A stretch of 64,000 nt of DNA from an uncultured delta proteobacterium (GCA_963847445.1 CAWJZV010000046.1:352001-416000); one strand, 5' to 3'. Positions 11,052 to 22,760 are shown, numbered from the stretch's first letter. Numbers and translations are program-made. Notes: a model not told the origin generated them from the sequence alone.

Positions 11052-11259
11052 GGAAGATTTCTTTTACGAAATCTGTAGGTTAGATCGCTAGGTCTGTCAA
11101 GTTACGGTGCCATTAATCTCGCCGGGGGTGACCGCTAAGTCCGGGCAAGGGCTGGATAATTTCGTCATTATTCTCGTCCAGGTAAACCTTTGCCCAGGCG
11201 CGCCGTCCAACTCAGTAAGGCGCCTTAATCGAAGACATTTTGAGAAGGAGAATTGAGCA

Positions 11260-11687
11260 ATGAAAAAAGCAATCGTAATTGGTTTAGGTATATTGGTTCT
11301 CGGCAGCGCTGTCCCGGCGATGGCGCATGACTACCGACATTTCGACAGACGCGGCGATCGAATCGACGCGCGGCTGGATGCGTCAGAGGAGATCGGATCA
11401 ACAATCGGCTCGACACCAGGGGTAACAGGATCAACGAGCGGCTCGATGCTAAAGGCGAGCGGATCAACGACCGGCTCGACGCCTTGGCGGCAGAGGCACG
11501 GGCGGAAGGTAAAAATCGGCTGGCCGAGCATCTCGATCGTAAAGGCGATCGCATCGAAGCCGAACTGGACCGTCGCGGTGACAGGATTGAAAACCGTTAC
11601 GACCATCGTGGCGATCGCGCCGACCGCTGGTTCGACCACCGTGGCGACCGGATCAACAGCCGCTTCGATAATTGGCGGAATCTTTAA
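11260..11687 (+). CDS. Secreted protein with ~11-aa DxRGDRI repeats (frameshift near 11385)
   Basis: RBS aaggag, signal peptide MKKAIVIG...AMA; repeats LDRRGDRI / LDRKGDRI / YDHRGDRA. Confidence 0.75.
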
Positions 11688-11743
11688 CCGCTGGTGGGGT
11701 TGGGGCCGTAATTAAGCGGTCTAATAAATTGATAGAGTAGCAT

Positions 11744-11783
11744 AAGCCGCTTTCTCCGCCGGCAACGGAGGAAGCGGCTTTTT
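11744..11783 (+). terminator. Rho-independent terminator
   Basis: aagccgct...agcggctt hairpin followed by a T run. Confidence 0.7.
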
Positions 11784-11899
11784 ACATTTCTGTCAGTGAG
11801 GCAGGTTGTGCCATGCAGTCGCCCTCACTCCCTTTGACAGGTGCCCCATGACATGCGCACGGTCGGAGGCTCTTCGTCGCTGTCGGCATTGACAGCAAA

Positions 11900-13182
11900 T
11901 TAGCCGCGAAAATATTCTTTGAATCCCGTCACCATCAGATTCGCCAGTGCTTCATTGTAGCTTTCCACATGGCCGTAGTGGGTGAGATTCGGAACCATGA
12001 TCAGGCGCAGCGCGTCGGCGTAGGGTTTGAATCGCTTGAAGGCGTAGACTTCGCGGCGAAACTCCAAACCTTTCTCGCCGCCTTCGATCCAATGGCCTTT
12101 GTCGTATTCGCCGACGATGTGCAGCAGCTTTTTGCCGCGCAAGCGTTCGAGCTGCGACTGATAAGTGATAAACAGTTCGTCATCGGCCAACCCTGACATT
12201 TTCTTGATGTCCGGAAGCAGCACGTCGTGGGCGCTATGCTCGATGTCTTGCAGGAAAGGCTTGAACTGCGGCCGCCGGTGATTTTCCAGCTCGAACCATT
12301 TCTCGACGCTGCCCCAGGGTTGGTTCGGTCCAACGTAGCCGCTTTTGGCGTAGCCTTTGGGCGAGCGCCGGCTCAGATCGGTGAGATTGCGAAACGGCGC
12401 GGCGCGTTCTTCCGGCGATTTATCGGCGCAGGCGAGATCCCATTCTTTGCGCACCCATGCCGGCATGCCGGTGCCAAAGCCGAGGCCGCCGATGAGTTTG
12501 TTCTTGAGACCGTACTGCTCCATCAAGTAAAAATATTCGCCGCCGGTGGAGTGGCCCCACATGAAGATCGATTCTTGCAGGTTCTTCTCGACCAGCGCCT
12601 TGACCGCTTCGGTGCACATTCTAAACGTGTAGACGGCCAAGCGGTTGCGCAGTTCGGCATCGCTGGGAATCTGGCCAATGATAAATTCCGGCCGCCGTTC
12701 GGGAATCGGCGCCCAAGGCTTGGCGCTGTAGTGGCCGGGCAGGGAGATCGCCAGCACGGGAATGCCCAACGACGCGATATGTTGGGCGACGCCGACGCGC
12801 GCCTTCTTCGGGTCGGTTTGGCTCAAGATCGGGATAGGTCTTCGGGACCGTCGGGGGTGAAAATAAACTCATATTCATTGGCCGCGCCGCCGTGGATCAT
12901 CACCACGGCGGTGTCCGGGATCGATACTTTGGCCGGGGTAAACAACCGGCCATGAATATCCCAACGAAACAGCTCGCCGGGTTCTTCCGGATTGGCATAA
13001 CGCTCGATGGTTTCTTGAACTTCTTTCACACTGACGGCTGTGCGGGGAAAAGGATCGGGGAAGTTTCTGTAGTCGTCGAAGGACATGTAGTAGATGAAAT
13101 CATCTTTCAATCCGGCACCGGTTTTCAGCGCTGCGACCAGTTTGTTCATTGCTTCCATGGCATTTTGGGCATTTTGGCTCAT
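11900..13182 (-). CDS. Uncharacterised alpha/beta-hydrolase-like protein (frameshift near 12826)
   Basis: MIHGGAAN, ISLPGH, WGHSTGG and late THYGH; two ORFs join. Confidence 0.65.
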
Positions 13183-13257
13183 GAGACTTTCTCCTACCGT
13201 CGGGAATAATTGTCTTACTGGTTATCTGTGCATGGAACCTCGATGTCAACCCGCGTT

Positions 13258-13283
13258 GGAGTAATGGAATATTGGAATGTTGG
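13258..13283 (+). repeat. Solo arm of the octamer repeat
   Basis: ggagtaat ggaatatt ggaatgtt gg. Confidence 0.6.
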
Positions 13284-13355
13284 GCGCGACGCGCAGGGTT
13301 GATGCAGCGAGCGATTACAGTTAAACAACAGACACCACAATCAGGAGGCAGGCAG

Positions 13356-14456
13356 ATGGCAGAAGCAGTCAACCGTCCATCCTATCAATCGGTCGACAGC
13401 AAGGTCGAAATCATGGACACGCCGTACGATCGCTGGATCGCGTCTCAGGGGATCGATATCGTGCGCGGCTTTTTTGTCGAGGATCTATACACGACCCCGC
13501 TCAAATGGTGGGATCGCATCGGCGGCAACGGCGTCTGCATCATGCTCGACGGCGCCGGCTATATGGACGACGCTTATGTCATCGGCATCCCGCCGGGGAA
13601 GAGCCTCAACCCGCAACGCCATATTTACGAGGCGCTGGTCTATGTGCTCGCCGGCCGCGGCGCGACGACGGTGTGGCAGGACAATGGCGCCAAGCAGACT
13701 TTCGAGTGGCAAGCCGGCAGCTTGTTCGCCCTGCCGCTCAACGCCTGGTATCAGCATTTCAACGGCCAGGGCGATCAAGAGGCGCGGCTGTTGTCGGTGA
13801 CCACGGCGCCGCTGATTTTCAATTTGTTCCGCAGCGCCGACTTCGTCACCAACTGTCCCTATTCATTCACCGAGCGGTTCAAGGGCGAAGAAGGATTCTT
13901 CACCGGCGGCGGTAAGCTCTACAGCGACCGGGTGGTCGAGACCAACTTCGTCGCCGATGTCGTCAATATCGAGCCGGTGGAGTGGAGCGAGCGCGGCAAG
14001 GGCAACGCGACGATCTTTTTCGAAATGTCCGAGAGCATGATGGGTTCCCATGTCTCGCGCTTTCCCGTCGGTCTTTACAAAAAAGCCCATCGCCACGGCC
14101 CCGGCGCCCATGTCTTCATCCTCACCGGCAAGGGTTATTCGCTGCTTTGGCCCGAGGGCAAAGAGATGACCCGGGTGGACTGGAAGCCCGGATCGATCGT
14201 CGTGCCGCCGGAGGGCTGGTTCCACCAGCATTTCAATTCCGGCGCCGAGCCGTCGCGATACCTGGCGCTGAAGATTCTTAGCCGCAAGTACAAGCTGCAG
14301 CCCGGCAAGATCCAGTCCGACGTGCCGCTGGCCTATGGCGGCTGGCAGATCGAGTACGAGGACGAAGATCCGCTGATTCGCCAGATCTTCGACGAGGAGT
14401 GCGCCAAGTCGGGAGCCCAGGTGAGGATGCCGCCGGTTGCGCCCAAGGCCAATTGA
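13356..14456 (+). CDS. Bicupin protein (gentisate 1,2-dioxygenase-like fold)
   Basis: RBS aggagg; QRHIYEA...WYQHFN and KAHRHGPG...WFHQHFN cupin motifs. Confidence 0.8.
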   Translation: MAEAVNRPSYQSVDSKVEIMDTPYDRWIASQGIDIVRGFFVEDLYTTPLKWWDRIGGNGVCIMLDGAGYMDDAYVIGIPPGKSLNPQRHIYEALVYVLAGRGATTVWQDNGAKQTFEWQAGSLFALPLNAWYQHFNGQGDQEARLLSVTTAPLIFNLFRSADFVTNCPYSFTERFKGEEGFFTGGGKLYSDRVVETNFVADVVNIEPVEWSERGKGNATIFFEMSESMMGSHVSRFPVGLYKKAHRHGPGAHVFILTGKGYSLLWPEGKEMTRVDWKPGSIVVPPEGWFHQHFNSGAEPSRYLALKILSRKYKLQPGKIQSDVPLAYGGWQIEYEDEDPLIRQIFDEECAKSGAQVRMPPVAPKAN

Positions 14457-14520
14457 CAAGCGTCAGGGCTCTTTCTTAATAATACCTACGTAGATTAGTT
14501 GCTTTCTTAAGGAGACACGC

Positions 14521-15351
14521 ATGCTGAAACCGATCGGAATGACCGAAGGACACTATGAATGCCGCTCGCTCGATGAGACGCTGCCGATTTTTACCGAGTT
14601 GCTGGCCGCCGAAGTGATCGAGCGCACCGACAAGCAGGCGGTGGTCAAACATCCCAACACCAAGTGGCGTCTGGTGATTCACGAAGGCGGACCGGACTCG
14701 AAGAATAAGCCGCACACCAATCACTACGGCTTTCGCGTCGGCAGCTCGAAGGAAATCCCGATCGCGCACCAATATATTTCCGACCACAAGGCGCAGTACA
14801 AGATCAAGAGCGTGACGCCGCCGCACGAAGCGCATTTCGCCTACTCGATCTATTTCAAAGAACCGGGCGGCAACGATTTGGAGCTGGAGTATTACAATCC
14901 GGCGGCGATCAAACAGGGCCGGCGCATCGCCGCGCCGCACTGGACCACGCCGCTGCCGGAAGAAAAATTTCCCGGCAGAGGCTATGTGCCCCAGGCGATG
15001 ACCCATGGCACGCTCAACTGCGACGACAAGGAAAAGAGCGATCAGTTTCTCGCCAACGTGCTCGGCCTCGATATCATCGGCGGCGGGCGCACGTCGACCT
15101 ATATCAGCGTGCCGAACATGGGGCCGTGGTACGTGGTGGTGCTGCCGACGACGCACCGCGACTATCTGTCCGAGGCCAACCGATTCACCCTGCAAGTCGC
15201 CAGCCCCGAAGAAGTCGAAGATGCGCACAAAGAATTCTCGAAAAACGGCAAGGAACTCGGCATCCACGATGTCCGCGAATTGCAAACCAATGGCCGCGCC
15301 CATTTTCTCCTGAGCGATATCAATAAGAACTGGTGGGAGATCACGTCGTAG
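14521..15351 (+). CDS. Two-domain VOC family protein
   Basis: EGHYEC, NHYGFRV and SIYFKEPGGNDLELE. Confidence 0.75.
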   Translation: MLKPIGMTEGHYECRSLDETLPIFTELLAAEVIERTDKQAVVKHPNTKWRLVIHEGGPDSKNKPHTNHYGFRVGSSKEIPIAHQYISDHKAQYKIKSVTPPHEAHFAYSIYFKEPGGNDLELEYYNPAAIKQGRRIAAPHWTTPLPEEKFPGRGYVPQAMTHGTLNCDDKEKSDQFLANVLGLDIIGGGRTSTYISVPNMGPWYVVVLPTTHRDYLSEANRFTLQVASPEEVEDAHKEFSKNGKELGIHDVRELQTNGRAHFLLSDINKNWWEITS

Positions 15352-15371
15352 ACTTTATTCGATTTTGAATT

Positions 15372-15406
15372 CAACGCCGTTAGCAGCGCTGCTGTTAGCG
15401 GCGTTG
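15372..15406. terminator. Intercistronic hairpin (terminator-like)
   Basis: caacgccgttagcagc-gct-gctgttagcggcgttg with G-U pairs; no strong T tail. Confidence 0.45.
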
Positions 15407-15516
15407 CTGTTTCTGGCGACCAGCCTGTCCGGCTGCGAAAATCCAAACATTCGACTGGTTTCCTTGACAGTCGTCTGCAATGACCGGATATAGGCCAATC
15501 AAACAAGGAGGTCTTT

Positions 15517-16563
15517 ATGTACAATGGTCCGGTGATCGATGCCGACGGGCATGTCTTGGAGAAAGAAAAATATATCCGCAAGTATCTCGAAAAGCCCTGG
15601 GACAAGCGCTCGACGGCGCTGCGCACGCGCGATCAACCCTGGGATGCCAATCTGTTCGATAGTTTCGAGATGGCGGTGCGCTGGGAAGACTTGTCGCCCA
15701 AGCAGCAGATCGACGAGTGGCATGCGGCGATGGATCGCGAGGGCATGGAGTACGCGATCTGTTTTCCCACCGGTTCGGGCAATGTCTCGAAGCTCCAAGA
15801 GTTGGACTTTGCCCTGGCCATCGCGCGCGCTTCCAACACGCAGTTCGCCAAGGAGTTCAACGCGCACTCGAACCGGGTCAGTTGCGTCGGCGTGCTGCCG
15901 CTGCGCGATCCGCAAAGCGGCGGCAGAGGAGCTGCGCCGCGGCGTGACCGAGCTGGGGTTGAAAGGGTTCGAGATTCTGCCGATGGGATTGCCGATGGCG
16001 CTCGGCAGCACATTTTACGATCCGGTCTATGCCGAGGCGGAGAAACTCGGCGCGGTCATCGGTATCCACGGTTCGCGCAGCAACTCCCATGAACTGGGGG
16101 CCGACAAGTTATCGACCTTTGCCGAAGTGCATTCGTACGCATTTACGGTCGGCCTGTTGCTGCAGTTTACTCATGTCGTCTGCCAGGGTGTGCCGATTCG
16201 TTTCCCCAATTTGAAATTGGCCTTCTTGGAGATCGGCGCCACCTGGCTGCCGTATTATTTGGACCGATTGGATGAGCACTGGGAAAAACGCGCCAAGCAG
16301 GAGATGCCGCTTGCTCAAAGAAAAACCCAGTGATGTCGTGCGCAAGTCGAAGATGTGGTTCAGCCTCGAATCCGGCGAGTCGCTGTTGCCGGAGGCGGTC
16401 AATTACCTCGGCGCCGAACATTTTCTTTACGCCTCGGACATTCCCCACTGGGACAATGAGTTCCCTGGCAATCTTACACGCGTTGCGCAATCATCCGCGC
16501 ATCAGCGACGCCGACAAAGAAAAGATTCTCTACAGCAATGCCAAACAGCTGTTCAACTTGTAA
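15517..16563 (+). CDS. Amidohydrolase_2 family protein (several frameshifts)
   Basis: IDADGHVLE, FYDPVYAEA...IHG, FPNLKLAFLEIG and YASDIPHWD. Confidence 0.85.
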
Positions 16564-16591
16564 CTGCCTTGCCGGTATCGAGGAGCCTGAG

Positions 16592-17587
16592 ATGAAGATT
16601 CGCGCAGTTCTAACCATTCTCTGGTTAATCGCCGGCGTGATTGTGCCTGTGGCCGCCAGGGCGGCGGATAAACTGGTGGCGCTGTACTCGGCCCACGCGG
16701 TGCCGTACTCGATGCCCTGGGTTGCCGAAGAGCTCGGGTTATTCAAGAAACAGGATATCGATTTCGACTTCGTCTATATTCCTTCATCTTCAACCGCTAC
16801 AGCGGCGATTCTCGGCGGCAATGTCGAAATCGGGCTCTTGGGCGGCGTCGGTATCGTCAATGCTTTCGTCAGTGGCGCGACCGACTTGGCTTTCATCGGC
16901 AGCATCAAGAACATCATGACGCAGAGCATTTTGGCCAAGCCGGAGATCACCCGGCTCGAACAGTTGCGCGGCAAGCGCATCGGCGTCACGCGCATTGGCA
17001 GCAACACCCATTATTTCACGGTCCAAGCGTTTCGCCGCGCGGGGATGAATACGGATAAGGACATCACGTTCATCCAGACCGGCGGCGAAGCGGAAACCGT
17101 CGGCGCGCTAATGTCAGGGCGGATCGATGCCGCGACGCTGTTGCCGCCGAGCGACGGCAGAGCGCTGGCGCTGGGCTTTCGCTATGTCGTGTTCGGCCCG
17201 GATATTGGAATTCCTTACGCCGCTTCGACCATCGCGACGCGGCGCTCGCTCATGGCCAAGCGCGGCCCGGCGATCGGTCGATTCATGCGCGCTATGGCCG
17301 AAGCCTCAAGAGCGATGCACCGCGATAAAGAATTGGTCTTCCGGGTGATGGAGAAAAAACTGCGGATCAAAGATCGCGCGGTGTTGGAAGCCAGTTACGC
17401 CATCGAAATGAAAGTCATGGAACCGCGGCTGGAAATGAAAGCGCCGGCGCTCCAGCCGATGATCGAAGAAGTCGCCCGCACCAATCCGCGCGCCAATGAG
17501 GTCAAGCCCCAGGAGATGATGGACCGGCGCTATTTGGCGGAGATGGAGAGCAGCGGATTCTTCAACCAGCTGTGGGGGAAAAACTAG
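16592..17587 (+). CDS. NMT1/SsuA-like ABC substrate-binding protein
   Basis: Signal peptide; LRGKRIGVTRIGS and GRIDAA. Confidence 0.85.
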   Translation: MKIRAVLTILWLIAGVIVPVAARAADKLVALYSAHAVPYSMPWVAEELGLFKKQDIDFDFVYIPSSSTATAAILGGNVEIGLLGGVGIVNAFVSGATDLAFIGSIKNIMTQSILAKPEITRLEQLRGKRIGVTRIGSNTHYFTVQAFRRAGMNTDKDITFIQTGGEAETVGALMSGRIDAATLLPPSDGRALALGFRYVVFGPDIGIPYAASTIATRRSLMAKRGPAIGRFMRAMAEASRAMHRDKELVFRVMEKKLRIKDRAVLEASYAIEMKVMEPRLEMKAPALQPMIEEVARTNPRANEVKPQEMMDRRYLAEMESSGFFNQLWGKN

Positions 17588-18080
17588 AAATTCAAAATGA
17601 AAAAGTAAAAATTAACAATTGAAACAGGAGCAAGAAATGCCGCGTATATCGACGCCGACCAAAATTACCGATAGAACGTTTGGCTTTGCAATTAACGTTG
17701 TTGAGATATGCCAAGTGCTCGATTTGCAGCCTGGGGTAAGGCGGACGTTGAGCCGGCAGTTGCTTCGCTCTGGCACCTCGGTTGGAGCCAACATCGAAGA
17801 AGCGCAAGCTGGTCAAAGCAAGGCTGATTTTATTAGCAAATGTTCGATCGCGTTGAAAGAATGCCGAGAGACGGCTTATTGGTTGCGGCTTTTGGATGCT
17901 TGCCGACTTTATCACGGTGAAATGCTCAACCCATTGCGCCGAGAAGCAGACGAACTTTGCCGTATTCTCGCTACGATTGTTCTCCGTGCAAAACAGACCA
18001 AGGTTAAGGTGTCATGATATTTTACACGGAATTCCTATTGCCGATCTTAATTTTGCCTTATTAATTTTTACTTTTTAATT
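17588..18080. mobile_element. Putative four-helix-bundle element bounded by AT-rich heptamer inverted repeats
   Basis: Perfect 16-bp IR aaaaagtaaaaattaa (17600-17615) / ttaatttttacttttt (18061-18076) within 7-nt periodic arms. Confidence 0.55.
17637..18017 (+). CDS. Four helix bundle protein (23S rRNA IVP-like family)
   Basis: QLLRSGTSVGANIEEAQAGQSKADFISKCSIALKECRETAYWLRLL. Confidence 0.92.
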   Translation: MPRISTPTKITDRTFGFAINVVEICQVLDLQPGVRRTLSRQLLRSGTSVGANIEEAQAGQSKADFISKCSIALKECRETAYWLRLLDACRLYHGEMLNPLRREADELCRILATIVLRAKQTKVKVS

Positions 18081-19224
18081 ACCTCACGGGCAAATCGCTA
18101 TCTTTTAGGTTAAACCATTTCCGCGCATTCTCACCGAGCACATGACGCAGCTTGTCGTCGGTCATGCCGGGGATTTTTTTCACTTCTTTGACGGAGTCGG
18201 GGAATTCGGAATCCCAGTGGCGGTAGTCCGAGGCGTACATGCACCTGGGTGATGCCGATGTCGTCGAGCACGTAGGGCAGGATGGTTTCTTCCGGCTCGC
18301 AGGTAAAACTGACCTGGCCGCTGCGGATAATTTCCGAGGGTTTGCGCTTGAGCAGCGGCCATTGCGGCCGCAGCTTGTGATAGTGCTCGTCCATCCGTTC
18401 GGACCAGAAGGGCAGCCAACCGCAGGCGCCTTCCATAAACCCGACTTTCAGTTTGGGATAGCGGTCGAAGACGCCTTCGCCGATCATGTGCATGAGCGCG
18501 ATCATCAGCTCGAAGGGAAACGAGGTCATGTGCACGTAGCTGTATTTTTCCATGCGCTCGCTGCCGGCGCCCATGACGCCCCAGACGCCGTATTGGCCGT
18601 CATGTTCGGTTTGCGGATGGACCGACAGCGGGATGTTCATCTCCTGCGCCGCGGCGTATACCGGATCGAACATGCGGTGGCCGAGATTGATGCCGTAGAC
18701 ATTGGTCGGCAGCATGGCGCTGACGACCTGGCGGTGTTGCGCGATGTATTCCAATTCCTTCACCGCGGCTTGGGGATCTTGCACTGGAATCAGGCCGACG
18801 CCTTTGAGGCGCTTGGGATCGGGCGCGAGATATTCTTCAACCAGCCAGCGGTTGACCGCGTGGCAGACCAGCGCGGCCAGCGGTTTGTCCGCCATGCCGT
18901 TGACCGACAGTGCGATGGAGGTTCCGAAGATGACGGCGACGTCGATGCCCTCTTCGTCCATGTCCGGCAGCCGCTTCAATCGGGTCGGTCATGCCGGGAC
19001 GGCTTCTTTCGATGTGTGACGCGAAGACTTCGCCGCGATCCGGGCCGCCGCCCCAGCGCCGTCGCCCGCCCAGGCGGCCTTCGATCATTAGATGATTGTA
19101 GCCGGAGCTATCGGTGACGCGATTGGGCGCGAGATGGGCATACTCTTTGGGCATCCATTTCGCGAAGTTCGTTTTCCGGTTCGTGACAGTGACCGTCGGC
19201 ATCGATGACTAAATAATCTGCCAT
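18079..19224 (-). CDS. Amidohydrolase_2 family protein (frameshifts)
   Basis: MADYLVIDADGHCHEP, FDPVYAAA...VHP, GVFDRYPKLKVGFMEG and GENARKWF. Confidence 0.85.
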
Positions 19225-19261
19225 AAAGATCTCCTTGTCGATAAAGCGATTTAATCTTTAC

Positions 19262-20360
19262 CTAGTCGGGTTGCGGCTGAATTGCAACTCGAAAGAATCG
19301 GCAGCGCGCTCTTCGTTCCGTCACTAGTAACGCGATTACGATTGCGGTGCGGTGACGGCGAATTCCGTTTCCCTGGCGCGGCAGGCCGAAGCCGCAACGG
19401 GCGGTGAGGTAACGATCGAATTCCTGATCGGTGTGAAACTTGAAGCGCACGGCGCCGGATTGATCCCACAGCTCTTTGGACGGCACTTCACATTGGCGAC
19501 AGCCGCTCGGGCTTGTCGCAATTCGGTGGCGGCATTCCAGCGCTGATCGTCGCTGTCGTGCCGAGCCGGGGATCGGCGCCGCGCGCGTCGGCGCGCACCA
19601 GCACGCCTTGCCCTTGGTAGGTCGACCGCCGGGTATTTGCGGCCCGTCGCGGTCCGGGCTAAGATCCACGGGCGACTCGGTCAATACGCCGCCGCGAATT
19701 TCCTTGGTGACGGCGTTAAACTCGAACTTCTTCGCCGGTGGGGAGAGTCACGATGTTATTGTCGCCGGCGTTGACGATGGCGGGCAAGTAACTGCGCGGA
19801 AAAAAATGCATCAAGCTGTGCATCAACTCGCTCAGGCGAAACACCCGGTCGCGCGACGCCACCCAGTCGGAAATCATCAGATGGATGTCCTGGCGCGCCC
19901 GGTCGTCGAAGCGAAATTGGAAATCACGGGTGAAAAATTGATTCTTGGTCGCATCGCGGCGCGGCGCGAGAATCGGGTTGCCGCCATGATTGGAAAATTC
20001 GAAGCCGACAATTTGACCTTGGCGCGTGCGGCGGTACTGCCAGCTATTGATGAGTTTCGAGTTTGCCGCGCGGGACGACAGCATCGTGCCGTAGTCGATG
20101 TTGCGCGACGCCAGGTCCTTGACCGGAGCGGCGATGAGCGACTCTGGTAAAGTGCGAGCGATCGGCGCTTTGCTGACGACTTCTTGGGGCTTTTCCTGCG
20201 GCTTGGCAGTTTCCACCGGCGCAGCGGGCGCCGGCGGCTGGTGAACTTCTTGACCCAGTTCCGGTGGCGGTTGGGGTTTCGGCAGCGGTGCCGGCGTTTG
20301 GCAGGCGCTGGCGAGCAGCGCTAGGGCGATGCTGACTACAAATATATGGAGCCTCTTCAT
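19262..20360 (-). CDS. Hypothetical lipoprotein (frameshifts; end approximate)
   Basis: Lipobox LASAC after hydrophobic stretch; Pro-rich linker; coding sequence continues across frames. Confidence 0.6.
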
Positions 20361-20526
20361 AGCTAGTTGCGAGTTTAGCATTACCTACGCTGGGCTGCGA
20401 TGCTTTCGCCGGCGCTGCCGCAAACAAAAAGGCGGCGCTGCAGTCGCGGTTGTGACAACCTCGTAACGATTCGGAAGCTTCGGTTTGCGCGTGGCGCGAT
20501 GGCAGCGGTGCAGCTTGGACCAGCGC

Positions 20527-21199
20527 TCAAGGCATCGGCTTGATGGCTGCCAATTGGCTCTGCAGATTTCCCGCGGTTATGACAAAAGCTGGGGAGATCG
20601 ACAGCCCCGCTTGTTCCAGCGCTTCAGCGACCCAAGTATTGCAGGTGCGCAGCAAGCTAAAACTGCGGTTTGCCGGATAAAAGCGGCTGGAGGCGAACAA
20701 TCCCGGAGCTGCGCGCGCACGGCCAGATGATTGTTGGCGTAGGAAAGTTTCGTCGACATAATCGACCATGCGTTCGTAGGCGGTCGCGGCTCAAGCGCAG
20801 TTCCGTGATGGTTGCGCCGCGGTAGAAGTTCTCAACTGTATCTGTGAATCCGACTAGGTGAATGACGCTGCCACTGGACCACATGGCCGCCTTGATGGCG
20901 CCGAAAATTCCCGATTGCGGATCGGGAAAATAGTCTTTGTCGCCCCAGCTGAATTCAATAAATTGGGCCGCGGGAAAATCCGCCAGCTCCGGCATGGTTC
21001 TTTCCGCGAGGTCGCTTTTGCGCAGGACGATGGCGGCGTGCCAGGAGTTGTGAACGATGGAGACGGATTTACAAGTCGGTTCGCTATCCGTGCAAGCCCA
21101 CTGAGAGGCGGCTTCGGGGTAAGCGAGCCGATCTGCAAGGCAAAGCAGTATTGCCGCCAAGCCCAACGGTAACAGTCGTCGCCACCAGAGCATGGCCAC
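20527..21199 (-). CDS. DUF2459-like protein (frameshift near 20790)
   Basis: WHAAIVL, FSWGDKDYF and FSLLRTCNTWVAEALEQAG. Confidence 0.7.
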
Positions 21200-21264
21200 A
21201 GCTAGCCTCGGATGGCCCGCTCAATCAACCTCATGATTGCGCTGCCAGTGCGTCACGCCGTGCC

Positions 21265-22760
21265 TCAATCAGCCGGCCGCCGTCGTGCCATTCGCAAACT
21301 AAATCCCTCACGTTTGATATAGACTTGCTTTGAGTCCGGGCGCCGGCTCAACTGCTCGATCAGAGCGACCAGCGGCGTCGCCGTGCTGGGCATAATCTTT
21401 CGGCGCGCCGGCTGCTTTCAGCGCCGCCAAGGCTTCCGCGCCGGCAAAAAAGTTCAGCAGCTTGTCGTCGTCGCTGACGCTGTCGCCGCCAAATTTCATT
21501 CTGAATTCTGCCAAGCCGATGTCGGGGACTTTGACCTTGGCCAATTCCTTGGCGCGCGCGCTGTTCACTAAGCGATCGCTGCAGATTGGCGTCGATGGAC
21601 TCCGCTTCCTCTTCGCCCCAATGGCCCAAGGCGTACAGCAGCACCTCGTCGGTGACTTCCTGGTAGCGTTGCGCCGACCATGACGTTGATGGCGGCTTGG
21701 ACGCCGAAGAACTGCGAGTAGGGCGTCACCATGATCGGATAGCCGAACTCGGCACGGACGCGGGTGACTTCTTCGAGCACCGCCGGCAGCTGGTCGAGCT
21801 TGGCCAAATTAGCCAGCTGAAAACGAAAGTTGGAAATCATGCCGCCGGGCACCTGGTGCAAGCGGATGCAATGCGTCGTATGCCAACGGTCGCCCTATCG
21901 GCAGATTCTCCTGCTTCGCCACCATCATGAAATGGTCGCGCACGGGTTTGACGCATCTCCTCGTCGACCATGGTCTGATAGCCCAGCGCGCGGGCGTTCA
22001 TGGCGACGTTGAACAGCGATGGATTCGACGAACCGTCGGCGAGCGGCGGGATCGCCGTGTTGATCGAACGTGATGCCGAGCTGGATCGCTTCAAGGCAAC
22101 AAAGCGCGCCCAGACCGGTGTTGCAGTGGGTGTGAAACTCCACCGGTTTGCCGTTCGCTTCGCGCAGGATCAACGGCACCAGACGGCGCGTCGACTCCGG
22201 GCGTCAACAAACCGCCGGGATCTTTGAAGCAGATCCGTTCGACATCGAGCTTGGCCGCTTCGCGGGTGCGTTGGACAAAATATTCGTCGGTGTGCTTGGG
22301 CGAGATCGAATAAATAATATTCAAGATCGTCTTCAGGCCGACGCGCTTGGCGCCGTCGACCGCTTCGCGCCAATATTTCGGCGTGTTCGACGGATCGGAG
22401 GTGCGCAGTTCGCTGGATGCCGTTGGCGGCCAAGCGCTCCAGCCACAGATCGGTGATCGCCGGCGCGGTCAACTGAAACGCCAGCATGGAGCGGCTGCGA
22501 ATCGAGCGCAGCGGGGTTTTCCTGATCCGCTGCGCTAATAGGCGAATCCGTTCCCAGGGATCGTCGTGCAAATCGCGCACGCATTTCTTGTAAAACGCCG
22601 ATGACATGATCTCGATGGCTTCGAAGCCGGCGCGGTCGAGCCGCTCGGCGATCGGCAGCATCATGCCGGTGCGCATGTTGGACGCCCAAAGGCTCAACTG
22701 GCCGTCGCGCAGGGTGGTGTCGACGAAATAGACTTTGCCGCGGGGATTCGCTTGGGTCAT
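21265..22760 (-). CDS. Pyruvate carboxylase subunit B / oxaloacetate decarboxylase alpha-like carboxyltransferase (many frameshifts)
   Basis: DTTLRDGQLSLWA, FKDPGGLLTP, FHTHCNTG, HQVPGGMISN and GYPIMVTPYSQF. Confidence 0.8.

Noticed and set aside
7684-14470. Shared caagcgtca(a/g)ggc motif at 7687 and 14457
   Set aside because: Only two short instances, both overlapping -35-like hexamers; chance cannot be excluded
17637-18017. Diversity-generating retroelement (Avd) or rRNA intervening sequence
   Set aside because: No reverse transcriptase, TR/VR pair or rRNA gene in the window
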